Made by a program: the position numbers and the translations under genes. A DNA stretch of 32,000 nucleotides from Pseudoalteromonas translucida KMM 520 (GTDB lineage: Bacteria; Pseudomonadota; Gammaproteobacteria; Enterobacterales; Alteromonadaceae): NCBI RefSeq assembly GCF_001465295.1, contig NZ_CP011034.1, forward strand, positions 3,240,001 through 3,272,000, given 5' to 3'. The notes beneath the pieces are model-generated. The model was not told the origin of the DNA. It was given only the letters and a program-made list of their open reading frames with translations, and made no database searches. Below, piece after piece: positions 10,354 through 19,584 of this stretch (position 1 is the stretch's first letter; each line of letters opens with the position of its first letter).

Positions 10354-11784
10354 GTGGCCAAACAACCAGAAAAGAAAAAAACACCCGTGACATACCAATA
10401 TGATGCAATAATTATTGGCACGGGTCCTGGCGGTGAAGGTACCGCTATGAACCTTTCAAAAAATAACAAAAAAGTGGCTGTTATTGAACGCCACGAAGCC
10501 GTAGGTGGGGGCTGTGTACATTGGGGAACCATTCCTTCTAAAGCTCTACGTCACTCGGTTAGCCGTTATATAGAATATAAAACAAACCCTTTATTTAATA
10601 CCGGTGATCGACTTGCTCGGCTCACTTTCCCTGACATTTTACGCCATGCCAGCTCGGTTATTTCTAAGCAGTCTAATTTACGTAGCAGCTTTTACGACCG
10701 TAACCGTATTCAAATGTTTCAAGGCGACGCACGTTTTATTGATAAACATACAGTTGAAGTAACTCGCCAAGATGGTTCAACTGAGCGTTTAACGGCCAAA
10801 ACTATTGTTATTGCTACAGGTTCGCGCCCATACCGTCCGCCAGAAGTAGACTTTACCCATTCTCGTATTTACGACAGCGATACTATTTTAGGGTTAACCC
10901 ACGATCCACATCGCGTACTTATTTATGGTGCGGGTGTAATTGGTTGTGAGTATGCCTCTATTTTTAAAGGCTTAGGTGCCAAAGTTGATCTAGTTAACAC
11001 TCGCGACCGTCTACTTGCCTTTATGGACACAGAAGTATCTGACGCGCTGAGTTATCACTTTTGGAATAGCGGTATTGTAATTCGTCATAACGAAGAGTTT
11101 GATCATATTGAAACCCGTGATGACTGTGTAATTATGCATTTAAAATCGGGTAAACGCGTAAAAGCTGACTGTATTTTGTTTGCTAACGGCCGCACCGGTA
11201 ATACCGACAAGCTTAACCTTGAAGCAATTGGCTTAAAACCTGATAGCCGTGGTCAGTTAAAAGTAAACGAAACCTATCAAACCGAAATTGACAACGTATA
11301 CGCTGTAGGCGATGTGATTGGTTACCCAAGCCTAGCAAGTGCCGCATTTGACCAAGGCCGTATTGCAGCTGATGCAATTTCTTGTGGCAACTGTGATGAA
11401 AAGCTGATTATTGATATTCCAGCGGGTATTTATACTATTCCTGAAATGAGCTCAGTAGGTAAAACCGAGCAGCAACTTACCGCAGCTAAAGTTCCGTATG
11501 AAGTAGGCCGTGCGCAATTTAAACACCTTGCACGGGCGCAAATTGCGGGTACCGAAGTGGGTACTTTAAAAATATTATTTCATACAGAAACCAAAGAAGT
11601 ACTGGGTGTACATTGCTTTGGTGAGCGCGCCTCAGAAATTGTCCACATTGGTCAAGCCATAATGGAGCAAAAAAATGGCGGCAATAATATTGAATACTTT
11701 GTAAATACCACTTTTAACTACCCAACCATGGCTGAAGCCTACCGAGTTGCGGCGTTAAATGGGTTAAATCGCTTATTTAAATAA
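10354..11784 (+). CDS. sthA: Soluble pyridine nucleotide transhydrogenase
   Basis: [17 protein letters not shown]...[17 protein letters not shown] is near-identical in pattern to E. coli SthA. The ORF track starts at GTG 10348, but that codon overlaps the aggag RBS (10344-10348). GTG 10354 has proper spacing. Confidence 0.92.
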   Translation: MAKQPEKKKTPVTYQYDAIIIGTGPGGEGTAMNLSKNNKKVAVIERHEAVGGGCVHWGTIPSKALRHSVSRYIEYKTNPLFNTGDRLARLTFPDILRHASSVISKQSNLRSSFYDRNRIQMFQGDARFIDKHTVEVTRQDGSTERLTAKTIVIATGSRPYRPPEVDFTHSRIYDSDTILGLTHDPHRVLIYGAGVIGCEYASIFKGLGAKVDLVNTRDRLLAFMDTEVSDALSYHFWNSGIVIRHNEEFDHIETRDDCVIMHLKSGKRVKADCILFANGRTGNTDKLNLEAIGLKPDSRGQLKVNETYQTEIDNVYAVGDVIGYPSLASAAFDQGRIAADAISCGNCDEKLIIDIPAGIYTIPEMSSVGKTEQQLTAAKVPYEVGRAQFKHLARAQIAGTEVGTLKILFHTETKEVLGVHCFGERASEIVHIGQAIMEQKNGGNNIEYFVNTTFNYPTMAEAYRVAALNGLNRLFK

Positions 11785-11869
11785 AGCTTTTAAGCTAGGA
11801 ATAACCTATGTAATGCGGTTATTTTATAAATAGGCAATAACGACGCATAAGCGCCAAACACGCCTTATT

Positions 11870-11908
11870 AAAAAGCCCGCTTACTAAAAATAGTAAGCGG
11901 GCTTTTTG
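11870..11908. terminator. Bidirectional Rho-independent terminator between sthA and hemE
   Basis: aaaa-agcccgcttacta-aaaa-tagtaagcgggct-ttttt forms a 13-bp perfect stem flanked by A- and T-runs. Confidence 0.75.
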
Positions 11909-11965
11909 TTATTTAGTATGCAGTAAAATAACGCACTAAACACTCAGTACTTTATTTGGTATTAA

Positions 11966-13030
11966 TTACTTATGATATTTAGCACTGAACTCATGCACAG
12001 CATTAATAAACACACCTGCGTTTTCAGGGTCTACATCTGGTGTAATACCATGGCCAAGGTTAAATACATGGCCATTACCTGTGCCAAAGTCCTCTAATAT
12101 AGTCGCTACTTCTTGACGAATACGCTCTGGCGTACCGTGCAGCATTGACGGGTCCATATTACCTTGTAATGCTACTTTGTCGCCTACACGGCGCTTAGCA
12201 TCGCTAATATTAATGGTCCAATCAAGGCCGATAGCATCACAACCAGTTGCTGCAATTGCTTCAATCCATTGGCCACCATTTTTAGTGAACAAAGTAACTG
12301 GTACTCTACGGCCATCGTATTCACGAATTAAACCATCAACAATTTTATGCATATACTGCAGTGAAAACTCATTGTAATCACGCGGGCTTAATACACCGCC
12401 CCATGAGTCAAACACCATTAACGATTGTGCACCGGCTTTAATTTGCGCATTTAAGTAATCGATAACCGAATCAGCTAGTTTATCGAGTAATAAATGTAGC
12501 GTTTGCGGCTCTGCAAATGCCATTTTCTTAATTTTGCCAAATACTTTGCTGCTGCCGCCTTCAACCATATAAGTAGCTAACGTCCACGGTGAACCCGAAA
12601 AACCAATTAATGGTACTTCGCCTTTTAGTTCACGACGAATAGTACTAACCGCATTCATTACATAACCAAGATCGTCGTTTGGATCTAGCTTAGGAATTTT
12701 TTTAACATCGGCAAGCGATGAAATTGGACGCTCGAACTTTGGACCTTCACCCGTTTCAAAGTACAGACCTAAGCCCATAGCATCTGGAATGGTTAAAATA
12801 TCACTAAATAAAATAGCGGCATCTAACGGGTAGCGGCGTAATGGCTGTAGTGTTACTTCGCAAGCAAGCTCAGCATTTCTACACAGGCTCATAAAATCGC
12901 CCGCTTGTGCACGTGTAGCACGGTATTCTGGTAAATAGCGTCCTGCTTGGCGCATCATCCATACTGGAGTTACATCAACAGGTTGTTTTGCAAGTGCACG
13001 TAAATAACGGTCGTTTTTTAATTCGCTCAT
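11966..13030 (-). CDS. hemE: Uroporphyrinogen decarboxylase
   Basis: 354 aa. [10 protein letters not shown]...[15 protein letters not shown] is the HemE signature. Confidence 0.97.
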   Translation of the reverse strand: MSELKNDRYLRALAKQPVDVTPVWMMRQAGRYLPEYRATRAQAGDFMSLCRNAELACEVTLQPLRRYPLDAAILFSDILTIPDAMGLGLYFETGEGPKFERPISSLADVKKIPKLDPNDDLGYVMNAVSTIRRELKGEVPLIGFSGSPWTLATYMVEGGSSKVFGKIKKMAFAEPQTLHLLLDKLADSVIDYLNAQIKAGAQSLMVFDSWGGVLSPRDYNEFSLQYMHKIVDGLIREYDGRRVPVTLFTKNGGQWIEAIAATGCDAIGLDWTINISDAKRRVGDKVALQGNMDPSMLHGTPERIRQEVATILEDFGTGNGHVFNLGHGITPDVDPENAGVFINAVHEFSAKYHK

Positions 13031-13376
13031 AGCGTAAAATAATCCTAATGCTTATAGAAATTGAGCAAGATTGTACCACCATATTCATTACCTCTCTATC
13101 GCTAAGCGATTAAATTGACAGCAACAGGAGGTAGATCAAGATGTTTTTAGTTTTTAGCTGTTTTTGACTATTAAACAAGCAAATAGCAGCAACATTTAAA
13201 ACTTTTAATTAATATGTTTGCAACATACTTAAATCCTTGGTATTGTTTATCCCGCGTTAACAAAAACAATAATAAAAATCTTAAAACAATAAAAATAAAA
13301 TTATTTAAAATAACAATAACAAAAATCTTCTCATAAAAATAAGAAAGCTTGTTACAACAAGCCATAGAAAAAAATT

Positions 13377-13401
13377 AAGCCACCGTAACAGGTGGTTTTT
13401 T
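13377..13401 (+). terminator. Orphan terminator-like hairpin in the hemE-rsd intergenic region
   Basis: aagccacc-gtaaca-ggtggttt followed by a T6 run. No annotated plus-strand gene lies upstream of it. Confidence 0.4.
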
Positions 13402-13557
13402 CTTGCCTGCAATAAATTATCAATTCCCTACAAATAAAATAAACTGCTTCTAGATCATCTATTTTACTAGTTGATATACACACCAATTAACTATATCTTG
13501 AGGTATAAACAATTTTTACTTTTAACTAAAAAACCAACCCAGCTTAGGAGAACGATT

Positions 13558-14028
13558 ATGCTGACGCGTGTAGAAAATGCTCAACAAAAGTGGGGGGGTA
13601 GCCATACTGTAATTGATAAATGGCTAAACGAGCGACAACGCCTCATTGTGCTTTATTGTAAGCTAGCCGGGTTTTCACCTTCTGATAAAAAAGATCATGC
13701 CCTGCCTGAACCACAGCAAATTGAAACGTTTTGCCAAGTTTTAATGGATTATTTATCTGCCGGTCACTTTGAAGTATATGATGACATTGCTAAGGCTTGC
13801 GAAAGTAAAGGCCCAGAAAGCCAATTACTAGCAAATGCTATTTACCCAAAAATAACAGATACCACCGACATTGCGCTAGATTTTAACGATAAATACGCTG
13901 AAGTTGATAAAGAAGATTTACTCGTTGGCTTTGACAATGACCTATCTGTTCTTGGTGAAGCACTAGAAGCACGCTTTGCGCTAGAAGATGAACTTATTGA
14001 TAACTTATTTGCTAATCACACCGATTAA
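13558..14028 (+). CDS. rsd: Regulator of sigma D (anti-sigma70 factor Rsd)
   Basis: MLTRVENAQQKWGGSHTVIDKWLNERQRLIV..., FCQVLMDYLSAGHFEVYD and LGEALEARFALEDELI parallel E. coli Rsd. I prefer the ATG at 13558 with aggaga 7 nt upstream. The track start at 13471 is a TTG extension. Confidence 0.85.
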   Translation: MLTRVENAQQKWGGSHTVIDKWLNERQRLIVLYCKLAGFSPSDKKDHALPEPQQIETFCQVLMDYLSAGHFEVYDDIAKACESKGPESQLLANAIYPKITDTTDIALDFNDKYAEVDKEDLLVGFDNDLSVLGEALEARFALEDELIDNLFANHTD

Positions 14029-14054
14029 CAAACGCAAAGTTAGTTAATCGCATT

Positions 14055-14081
14055 AAAAAAGGGACTTAAAGTCCCTTTTTG
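14055..14081. terminator. Bidirectional terminator between rsd and the FKBP gene
   Basis: aaaaaa-gggact-taa-agtccc-ttttt. Confidence 0.7.
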
Positions 14082-14103
14082 TATATGTAGGCTAAATTAT
14101 TAT

Positions 14104-14856
14104 TTACTCTGCTGCTGCAGCATCTGCATCGCTTTGAATCTCTAATAATTCAACTTCAAATACAAGCGTTGAATTAGCAGGAATTTTACCTAAATCACGA
14201 TCGCCATAAGCTAGCTCAGAAGGAATTGTAAATTTATATTTAGAACCAACAGACATAAGTTGTAAACCTTCAGTCCAACCAGTAATTACACGGTTAAGAG
14301 GGAAAGTTGTTGGCTCGTTACGTGAATATGAACTATCAAATTCAGTACCATCTAAAAGTGTGCCTTTATAATGTACTTTAACTACATCTGTTGCGGCTGG
14401 TTTTTCGCCATCACCTTGAGTAATCACTTCGTACTGTAAGCCAGACTCAGTAACAATAACGCCTTCTTTTTTAGCGTTATCAGCTAGGTATTTAACACCC
14501 GCTTCTTTGCTTTTTTCAGACTCTACTTTTGCTTGTGCTTCTTGCTTAGTACGCACTGATGTATCTAACTCAGTTAATACTTCGCGAATTTTTTCTTCGT
14601 CAATTTTTGCATTACCAGCAAGTGCATCTTCAAAACCACGAATTAACAGCGCTTGGTCTAGTTCAATACCAATTTCTTTTTTATCGGCTAAGTCTTTATT
14701 TAAAAAGTTACCTACCGATGCGCCAATACCGTATGCTTGTTGCTGCGCTACAGTGTCTAGTTTAACTTCAGCTTGCTCTTTTTTTGCTTCTTGATTACAT
14801 GCTGTAAGCGCTAAAACTGACGCTGCAATCAATGACAATTTAATCGTCTTTTTCAT
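14104..14856 (-). CDS. fkpA: FKBP-type peptidyl-prolyl cis-trans isomerase, FkpA/Mip-like lipoprotein
   Basis: The C-terminal FKBP domain (VKVHYKGTLLDGTEFDSSY...PLNRVITGWTEGLQLM...IPSELAYG) follows an N-terminal helical dimerisation region. The signal MKKTIKLSLIAASVLALTAC carries a lipobox. The ATG at 14856 has ggag upstream; the track start at 14874 is an extension. Its position next to slyX matches the E. coli fkpA-slyX neighbourhood. Confidence 0.85.
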   Translation of the reverse strand: MKKTIKLSLIAASVLALTACNQEAKKEQAEVKLDTVAQQQAYGIGASVGNFLNKDLADKKEIGIELDQALLIRGFEDALAGNAKIDEEKIREVLTELDTSVRTKQEAQAKVESEKSKEAGVKYLADNAKKEGVIVTESGLQYEVITQGDGEKPAATDVVKVHYKGTLLDGTEFDSSYSRNEPTTFPLNRVITGWTEGLQLMSVGSKYKFTIPSELAYGDRDLGKIPANSTLVFEVELLEIQSDADAAAAE

Positions 14857-15070
14857 TTTAAATCTCCGACACACTTTGCAGTTGCCATTTATTGTATTAT
14901 TACTAGTTAAAGATTAACGACCTACATGATAGGCTGCTTGTTTAATAACTAAAATTTACGTTGTTAGCTAAACTAAAAACATATCCAGTGATTAGACAAA
15001 CAACCTAGGCCTTCAACGAGACCTAGTCTAACCTCTCAATCACTAAGAGTTAAGAGGAAATGCTTGTAAT

Positions 15071-16069
15071 ATGCCGTTATTTCGTACTTTTTTTATCGTG
15101 TCTTGCTGTTTATCGGCCATCGCCTGTAGTGATGAAAAACAACAAGCTGTTGCCAGTTATGAACATGCTGCACAAGGCGCGTTTTCATCGGCGCTATCAC
15201 ATGATGGTAAATACAGCTTAGTCTCCTCCATTAACCATGGGGTCGCGCTGTGGGATAATCAACAGCAAGCACTTAAATACCAATGGTTTCAGCAACAAGC
15301 CCAAGATAGCCTAGTTTATGCCGTTGCTATCGCTTTTGACAACAGTGTGGCTGTTACCGCCGAAAAAACCACCTTTGCGGTATGGGATATTGCCACCGGC
15401 GTAAATAAAGGTTATTACAAAATACAAAAATCCAGTATTCGCGATATTGCTATAAGCAATCAAGGCCGTAGCGTACTATACGGGCGCAGCGATGGCGTTG
15501 TGGTGTTTATTAACCTTGAAACTGGCCGCCGTATTGAGTTTTTAGGCCATCAAGAAAAAGTAAACACCGTCGATCTTGCCCCTAACGGGCGCTATGCTTT
15601 AAGTGGTTCAAACGATTACGTTGCTTACTTTTGGGATACTCGCACCGGGCAAGTGATTCATCGCTTTAACCACCCCACTCGTGTTACTCAAGTGACGCTT
15701 GACCCACAAGGTCGCTATGCATTTACGGCCGACAGTATGGCACAAGCAAATGTATGGAAGCTGACTACAGGTGATCTTGTAAGTAAACTGAAGTATATTG
15801 CGCGTCAGAAAATTTTCACGGCGGTACGCTTTAACGATCAAGGTGATTTGCTAGCAACGGGGTCGCCTAATAAACGCGTTGATTTATGGCAAATACCAAG
15901 CGGTGAAAAAATTCAAACTTGGCAAGTGACGCCACGCGAAGGCAGTAAGCCTAAATCGGCCGTGGTGCTCGATGTAACATTTACAGATAACGGCAGGTCG
16001 TTATTAACCGAAAGCTCCAGCGGTATCGCAGAGCGATTTATTATACGAGAGAATAATGAACACAATTGA
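15071..16069 (+). CDS. WD40-repeat beta-propeller lipoprotein
   Basis: 332 aa. The signal ends in a lipobox (LSAIAC). Blade ends recur about every 42 aa: VALWDNQ, FAVWDIATG, VVVFINLETG, VAYFWDTRTG, ANVWKLTTG, VDLWQIPSG. Confidence 0.75.
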   Translation: MPLFRTFFIVSCCLSAIACSDEKQQAVASYEHAAQGAFSSALSHDGKYSLVSSINHGVALWDNQQQALKYQWFQQQAQDSLVYAVAIAFDNSVAVTAEKTTFAVWDIATGVNKGYYKIQKSSIRDIAISNQGRSVLYGRSDGVVVFINLETGRRIEFLGHQEKVNTVDLAPNGRYALSGSNDYVAYFWDTRTGQVIHRFNHPTRVTQVTLDPQGRYAFTADSMAQANVWKLTTGDLVSKLKYIARQKIFTAVRFNDQGDLLATGSPNKRVDLWQIPSGEKIQTWQVTPREGSKPKSAVVLDVTFTDNGRSLLTESSSGIAERFIIRENNEHN

Positions 16070-16271
16070 ACATCGCTTAATGGAACTTGAGGCCAAAGTG
16101 GCTTTTCAAGACGAAACAATTGATATTTTAAATGACGAAATAAAGGTTCACCAGCAGCTGTTGGCAAAAATGAAGCGCCAAACAGAGCTACTGGCTGAAA
16201 AAATTAAAGAATCGCAGTCATCATCATCGATGATGTCAAACGAACCTGAGCCACCGCCGCCGCATTATTAA
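16056..16271 (+). CDS. slyX: SlyX family protein
   Basis: 71-aa coiled coil: IEHRLMELEAKVAFQDETIDILNDEI ... ending in PPPPHY, as in SlyX. It overlaps the WD40 gene by 14 nt. Confidence 0.85.
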   Translation: MNTIEHRLMELEAKVAFQDETIDILNDEIKVHQQLLAKMKRQTELLAEKIKESQSSSSMMSNEPEPPPPHY

Positions 16272-16294
16272 TATGCAGCTATGCAGCAAAGGAT

Positions 16295-16498
16295 TTAATC
16301 TCCTGGTTTAAACACGCCTATAACTTGTTCAAACTGGCGTGTTGACGCCTGCACAGCCTGCTCTGGCTGTGCCATTTTATGGCCACACTCTACACATTCT
16401 ACTTTTTCTACATCATGCTCTTTGTAAAGCATTAACCTATCCATGGCTTTACATTCAGGACATGTTGCCCCAGCTATAAATCGCTTTTTTTGTTTCAC
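16295..16498 (-). CDS. yheV: YheV-family zinc-ribbon protein
   Basis: 67 aa with CPECK...CVECG (a four-Cys ribbon). Its position next to slyX and yheS matches E. coli. Confidence 0.8.
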   Translation of the reverse strand: MKQKKRFIAGATCPECKAMDRLMLYKEHDVEKVECVECGHKMAQPEQAVQASTRQFEQVIGVFKPGD

Positions 16499-16630
16499 GA
16501 GGTTTTTCCCACAGTTTGACCTAATGTTATTTTATCGTATTACGTGATGCGTTGATACGGTTGATATGCCCAATACGATCCGTGTTATCATATTGGCAAT
16601 TCAATTAGGGCACAGTAAAGTAACGCATTT

Positions 16631-18553
16631 ATGATCCAAATCTCAGAAATAGAACTTCTTCGTGGCGGTAAAGCTTTATTAAAAAATGCATCTGCTACGT
16701 TATTTCCAGAGCATAAAGTAGGCCTAGTAGGCGCTAATGGTTGTGGTAAATCAACCCTATTTAGTCTCTTAAAAGCAGAGCTACAGCTCGATGGCGGTAA
16801 CTTTACTATACCTAAAGACTGGTCTATAGCGTCAGTAAAACAAGAAACTCCCGCACTTGAAATAAGCGCAATAGACTATGTACTACAGGGTCATCCGCAG
16901 TATTACGCCATGCGTATTGCACTGCGTGAAGCCGAGCAAGCTAACGATGGCGACGCGCAAGCTAAAATACATATTCAGCTTGAAAACATTAAAGGCTATA
17001 GCATTGAATCAACCGCCGGTGAGCTATTACATGGTTTAGGCTTTGCTAATAACCTAATAGAAAACCCGGTAAGTTCGTTTTCGGGTGGCTGGCGCATGCG
17101 CTTAAATTTAGCCCAAGCGCTTATTCGCGATGCCGACTTGTTATTACTTGATGAGCCCACTAACCATCTTGATTTAGACGCAGTATATTGGCTTGAACGT
17201 TTTTTACGTGCTTATACTGGCACTTTAGTGCTGATATCGCATGACCGTGAGTTTTTAGATGCCGTAGTTGATCAAATTTGGCATATAGATAAACAACTTA
17301 TCAACGTGTACAAAGGCAACTACTCGCAGTTTGAGCGTCAAAAAGCCGAGCGCATGCTACAGCAGCAAGCCATGTTTGATAAGCAACAAGAGCAAATTGC
17401 TCATCTAGAACAGTTTATAACTCGCTTTAAAGCTAAAGCTAGTAAAGCCAAGCAAGCACAAAGCCGCGTGAAAGCGCTTGAACGCATGGAAAAATTAGCG
17501 CCAGCACATGCCGACTCACCATTTAACTTTGAGTTTGCCGAGCCAAAAGCATTACCAAACCCACTAATGACAATAGATAAAGCCAAAGCGGGTTATGGTG
17601 ATGTCACCATTTTAAATAATATAGAATTAAACTTAGTACCAGGCAGCCGCATTGCTTTGCTTGGTCGTAATGGCGCGGGTAAGTCAACGCTAATTAAACT
17701 GCTTTCGGGTGATTTAGAACCTCAAGCTGGAAAAGTTATTCAGCATCATGGGCTAAATATTGGTTATTTTGCGCAGCATCAGCTTGAGTCTCTCGATTTA
17801 AAAGCCAATGCAATAACACATATACAACGACTAAACCCAAAGGCTACTGAACAATCACTGCGTGATTTTTTAGGCGGCTTTGCCTTTATTGGTGATAAAG
17901 CCCTTGAGCCAGTAGCACCCTTTTCGGGGGGCGAAAAAGCACGTTTAGTACTTGCCATGTTGGTATATCAAAAGCCAAATTTATTACTACTCGATGAGCC
18001 AACCAACCACCTTGATTTAGAAATGCGCCATGCACTTGTTATGGCACTGCAAGGCTTTGAAGGCGCTATGGTTACCGTATCGCACGACCGCCATATGCTT
18101 AAAAACACCGCCGATGAGTTTTACTTAGTAGATGACGGCAAGGTAACTCAATTTGGTTACGACCTAGACGCGTATTACCAATGGCTGCTTAACGCCAATA
18201 AAGAAGCGACTAAAACAGAGCAAAGTGACGAAGTAAAAACTAATTCAGGTGTTAACCGTAAAGAGCAAAAACGCCTTGAAGCCGAGTTTAGAAAAGCCAC
18301 GCAACCGCTTAAAAAGCAAATTGAAAAGCTTGAAAAACAACTCGACAAATACGCCGCAGAGCTCAATGAGGTTGAAGTAGCGTTAGGTGATAACGAGCTA
18401 TATTCTGATGACAATAAAGCCAAGCTAAAAGAGTTGCTAGCCAAGCAAGCCACGCTTACACCTAAGCTTAACGACATTGAAGAAGAGCTCCTTATGGCAC
18501 TAGACGAAATGGAACAAAAAGAGCAAGCGTTCGCCGATGAACTTGCTCAATAG
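16631..18553 (+). CDS. yheS: ABC-F family ATPase YheS (two ABC domains, C-terminal coiled coil)
   Basis: 640 aa. It has two Walker A motifs (GANGCGKST, GRNGAGKST), two signature motifs (FSGGWRMR, FSGGEKAR) and no TM domain. It is colinear with E. coli YheS as I remember it. Confidence 0.92.
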   Translation: MIQISEIELLRGGKALLKNASATLFPEHKVGLVGANGCGKSTLFSLLKAELQLDGGNFTIPKDWSIASVKQETPALEISAIDYVLQGHPQYYAMRIALREAEQANDGDAQAKIHIQLENIKGYSIESTAGELLHGLGFANNLIENPVSSFSGGWRMRLNLAQALIRDADLLLLDEPTNHLDLDAVYWLERFLRAYTGTLVLISHDREFLDAVVDQIWHIDKQLINVYKGNYSQFERQKAERMLQQQAMFDKQQEQIAHLEQFITRFKAKASKAKQAQSRVKALERMEKLAPAHADSPFNFEFAEPKALPNPLMTIDKAKAGYGDVTILNNIELNLVPGSRIALLGRNGAGKSTLIKLLSGDLEPQAGKVIQHHGLNIGYFAQHQLESLDLKANAITHIQRLNPKATEQSLRDFLGGFAFIGDKALEPVAPFSGGEKARLVLAMLVYQKPNLLLLDEPTNHLDLEMRHALVMALQGFEGAMVTVSHDRHMLKNTADEFYLVDDGKVTQFGYDLDAYYQWLLNANKEATKTEQSDEVKTNSGVNRKEQKRLEAEFRKATQPLKKQIEKLEKQLDKYAAELNEVEVALGDNELYSDDNKAKLKELLAKQATLTPKLNDIEEELLMALDEMEQKEQAFADELAQ

Positions 18554-18962
18554 CGATCATTTTTGGCAATTTGCCTGCACTTTGTACGCAAAGCCTGTGC
18601 AACAACAAACCTTGCTGGAATTACAAAACCAGCAAGGCAAAAATGTTAACTTGTGTTTATTACTCCTGTATTTAGATTCACTAAACTTAGTTGTAAATAG
18701 TCAGCAGCTTGGAGTATTAACACAAGTTGTTAATGAGCTCGATAATAACGTGATGCAGCAACTACGTGCAGCACGCAGTTATTTAAAAGTACACCAACAA
18801 GCTATTACTGACTATGCAAACATACGCAAAGAGCTGCTTAGCGCTGAGCTCAAGCTTGAAAAGCAGCAACAGCAAATGCTAATAAATGCAGTAAATGAAT
18901 GTGAATTGGTAGAGTGTGCCGAGCCAAATAATATTGAATTATATTTAAAGATCAGCTTTTAG
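18537..18962 (+). CDS. Conserved hypothetical protein (TIGR02444/DUF2390-like)
   Basis: 141 aa. FWQFACTLYAKPVQQQTLLELQNQQGKNVNLCLLLLYLD resembles the family commonly encoded just after yheS. It overlaps yheS by 17 nt. Confidence 0.6.
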   Translation: MNLLNSDHFWQFACTLYAKPVQQQTLLELQNQQGKNVNLCLLLLYLDSLNLVVNSQQLGVLTQVVNELDNNVMQQLRAARSYLKVHQQAITDYANIRKELLSAELKLEKQQQQMLINAVNECELVECAEPNNIELYLKISF

Positions 18963-19327
18963 GTACAAGCACCAGAAAAAGCTGCTCGCGCATATTTCAA
19001 TACTTATGAGTCCTGCCCTCTTTTGCTGCTCATTCTTTTCTCTTTGTGCAAAAAGTCTTTAAGCGATTTACTCACAAAGAGGTTAAGAGGCGCTGCGCTT
19101 TTAGAGGGAGGATTACACTTCTTTAGTCTTTATATTCTCAGTGGTCAAAGCTGTTTTCACCTACTCCCTTTTACCCATCTGTTAAACCTAGTACCTTCCT
19201 CTCAAAACATGATCCAAATCAACTTCATATCGCTCATTATTTCACTTAGGTAAATAACTTGATCTTGATCATAACTGTATTCCTAAACCCAGCTTATGAT
19301 TAACCCATAGACATTAGGAGGCAAGTT

Positions 19328-19474
19328 ATGGACGTATTCTTCAGAGATTTTTTTACCGACCCAGTACTGTTCTTATCGTTTGGTTTTCTGGGGATCGTTA
19401 TTAGCTTGTGCCTTTTCTTTGTATACTACTTTATTAAGAAAGTACAAGAAGCAGAAGTTCCTGACCAAAATTAA
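19328..19474 (+). CDS. Small single-TM membrane protein, 48 aa (DUF3149-like): MDVFFRDFFTDPVLFLSFGFLGIVISLCLFFVYYFIKKVQEAEVPDQN
   Basis: Hand-found and below the track cutoff. A perfect aggagg lies 7 nt upstream of the ATG. A hydrophobic core is followed by a basic/acidic tail. A strong terminator follows immediately. Confidence 0.55.
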   Translation: MDVFFRDFFTDPVLFLSFGFLGIVISLCLFFVYYFIKKVQEAEVPDQN

Positions 19475-19486
19475 GCACGACGCACA

Positions 19487-19521
19487 AAGCGCCTATCAGT
19501 TTACTGATTAGGCGCTTTTTA
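19487..19521 (+). terminator. Rho-independent terminator after the small membrane protein gene
   Basis: agcgcctatcagt-tt-actgattaggcgct forms a stem of about 13 bp with one bulge, followed by ttttt. Confidence 0.65.
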
Positions 19522-19584
19522 TTTTCCTAGCCGAAAAATTTGCTACACTAGCGCCTCGTTTATCGTAAAGTGTGTAGTACAAAC

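Noticed and set aside
10320-10532. 70-aa minus-strand ORF overlapping the sthA start. The same reasoning covers 12177-12377, 14507-14794, 14559-14765, 15608-15841, 15913-16167, 17401-17586, 18175-18477, 22391-22573, 22686-22874, 22742-22972, 23381-23605, 25516-25701, 26874-27056, 27490-27708, 29027-29209, 29037-29225, 29688-29885, 30257-30457 and 30644-30844.
   Set aside because: All are shadow ORFs antisense to, or out of frame within, confidently identified genes. None has an RBS or a recognisable motif.
13171-13365. 64-aa minus-strand ORF in the hemE-rsd gap
   Set aside because: It is the translation of an extreme T-rich (A-rich on the plus strand) low-complexity tract (FIVLRFLLLFLL...). 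It has no RBS and is most likely an artefact of base composition.
13471-13557. N-terminal extensions implied by the ORF track for rsd. The same reasoning covers fkpA-like 14857-14874, yheT 19570-19584, birA 25932-25958, aminopeptidase 27067-27081, YccT-like 29613-29663 and hinT 29691-29705.
   Set aside because: Each extension starts at a non-ATG or RBS-less codon and adds residues absent from remembered homologues or lying ahead of the signal peptide. An internal ATG with a proper Shine-Dalgarno fits better in each case.
19023-19253. 76-aa plus-strand ORF in the 18963-19327 gap
   Set aside because: It has a TTG start and no Shine-Dalgarno. Its Leu/Ser-rich low-complexity product comes from a pyrimidine-rich tract, and I recognise no family. 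The region is kept as an unexplained non-coding gap instead.
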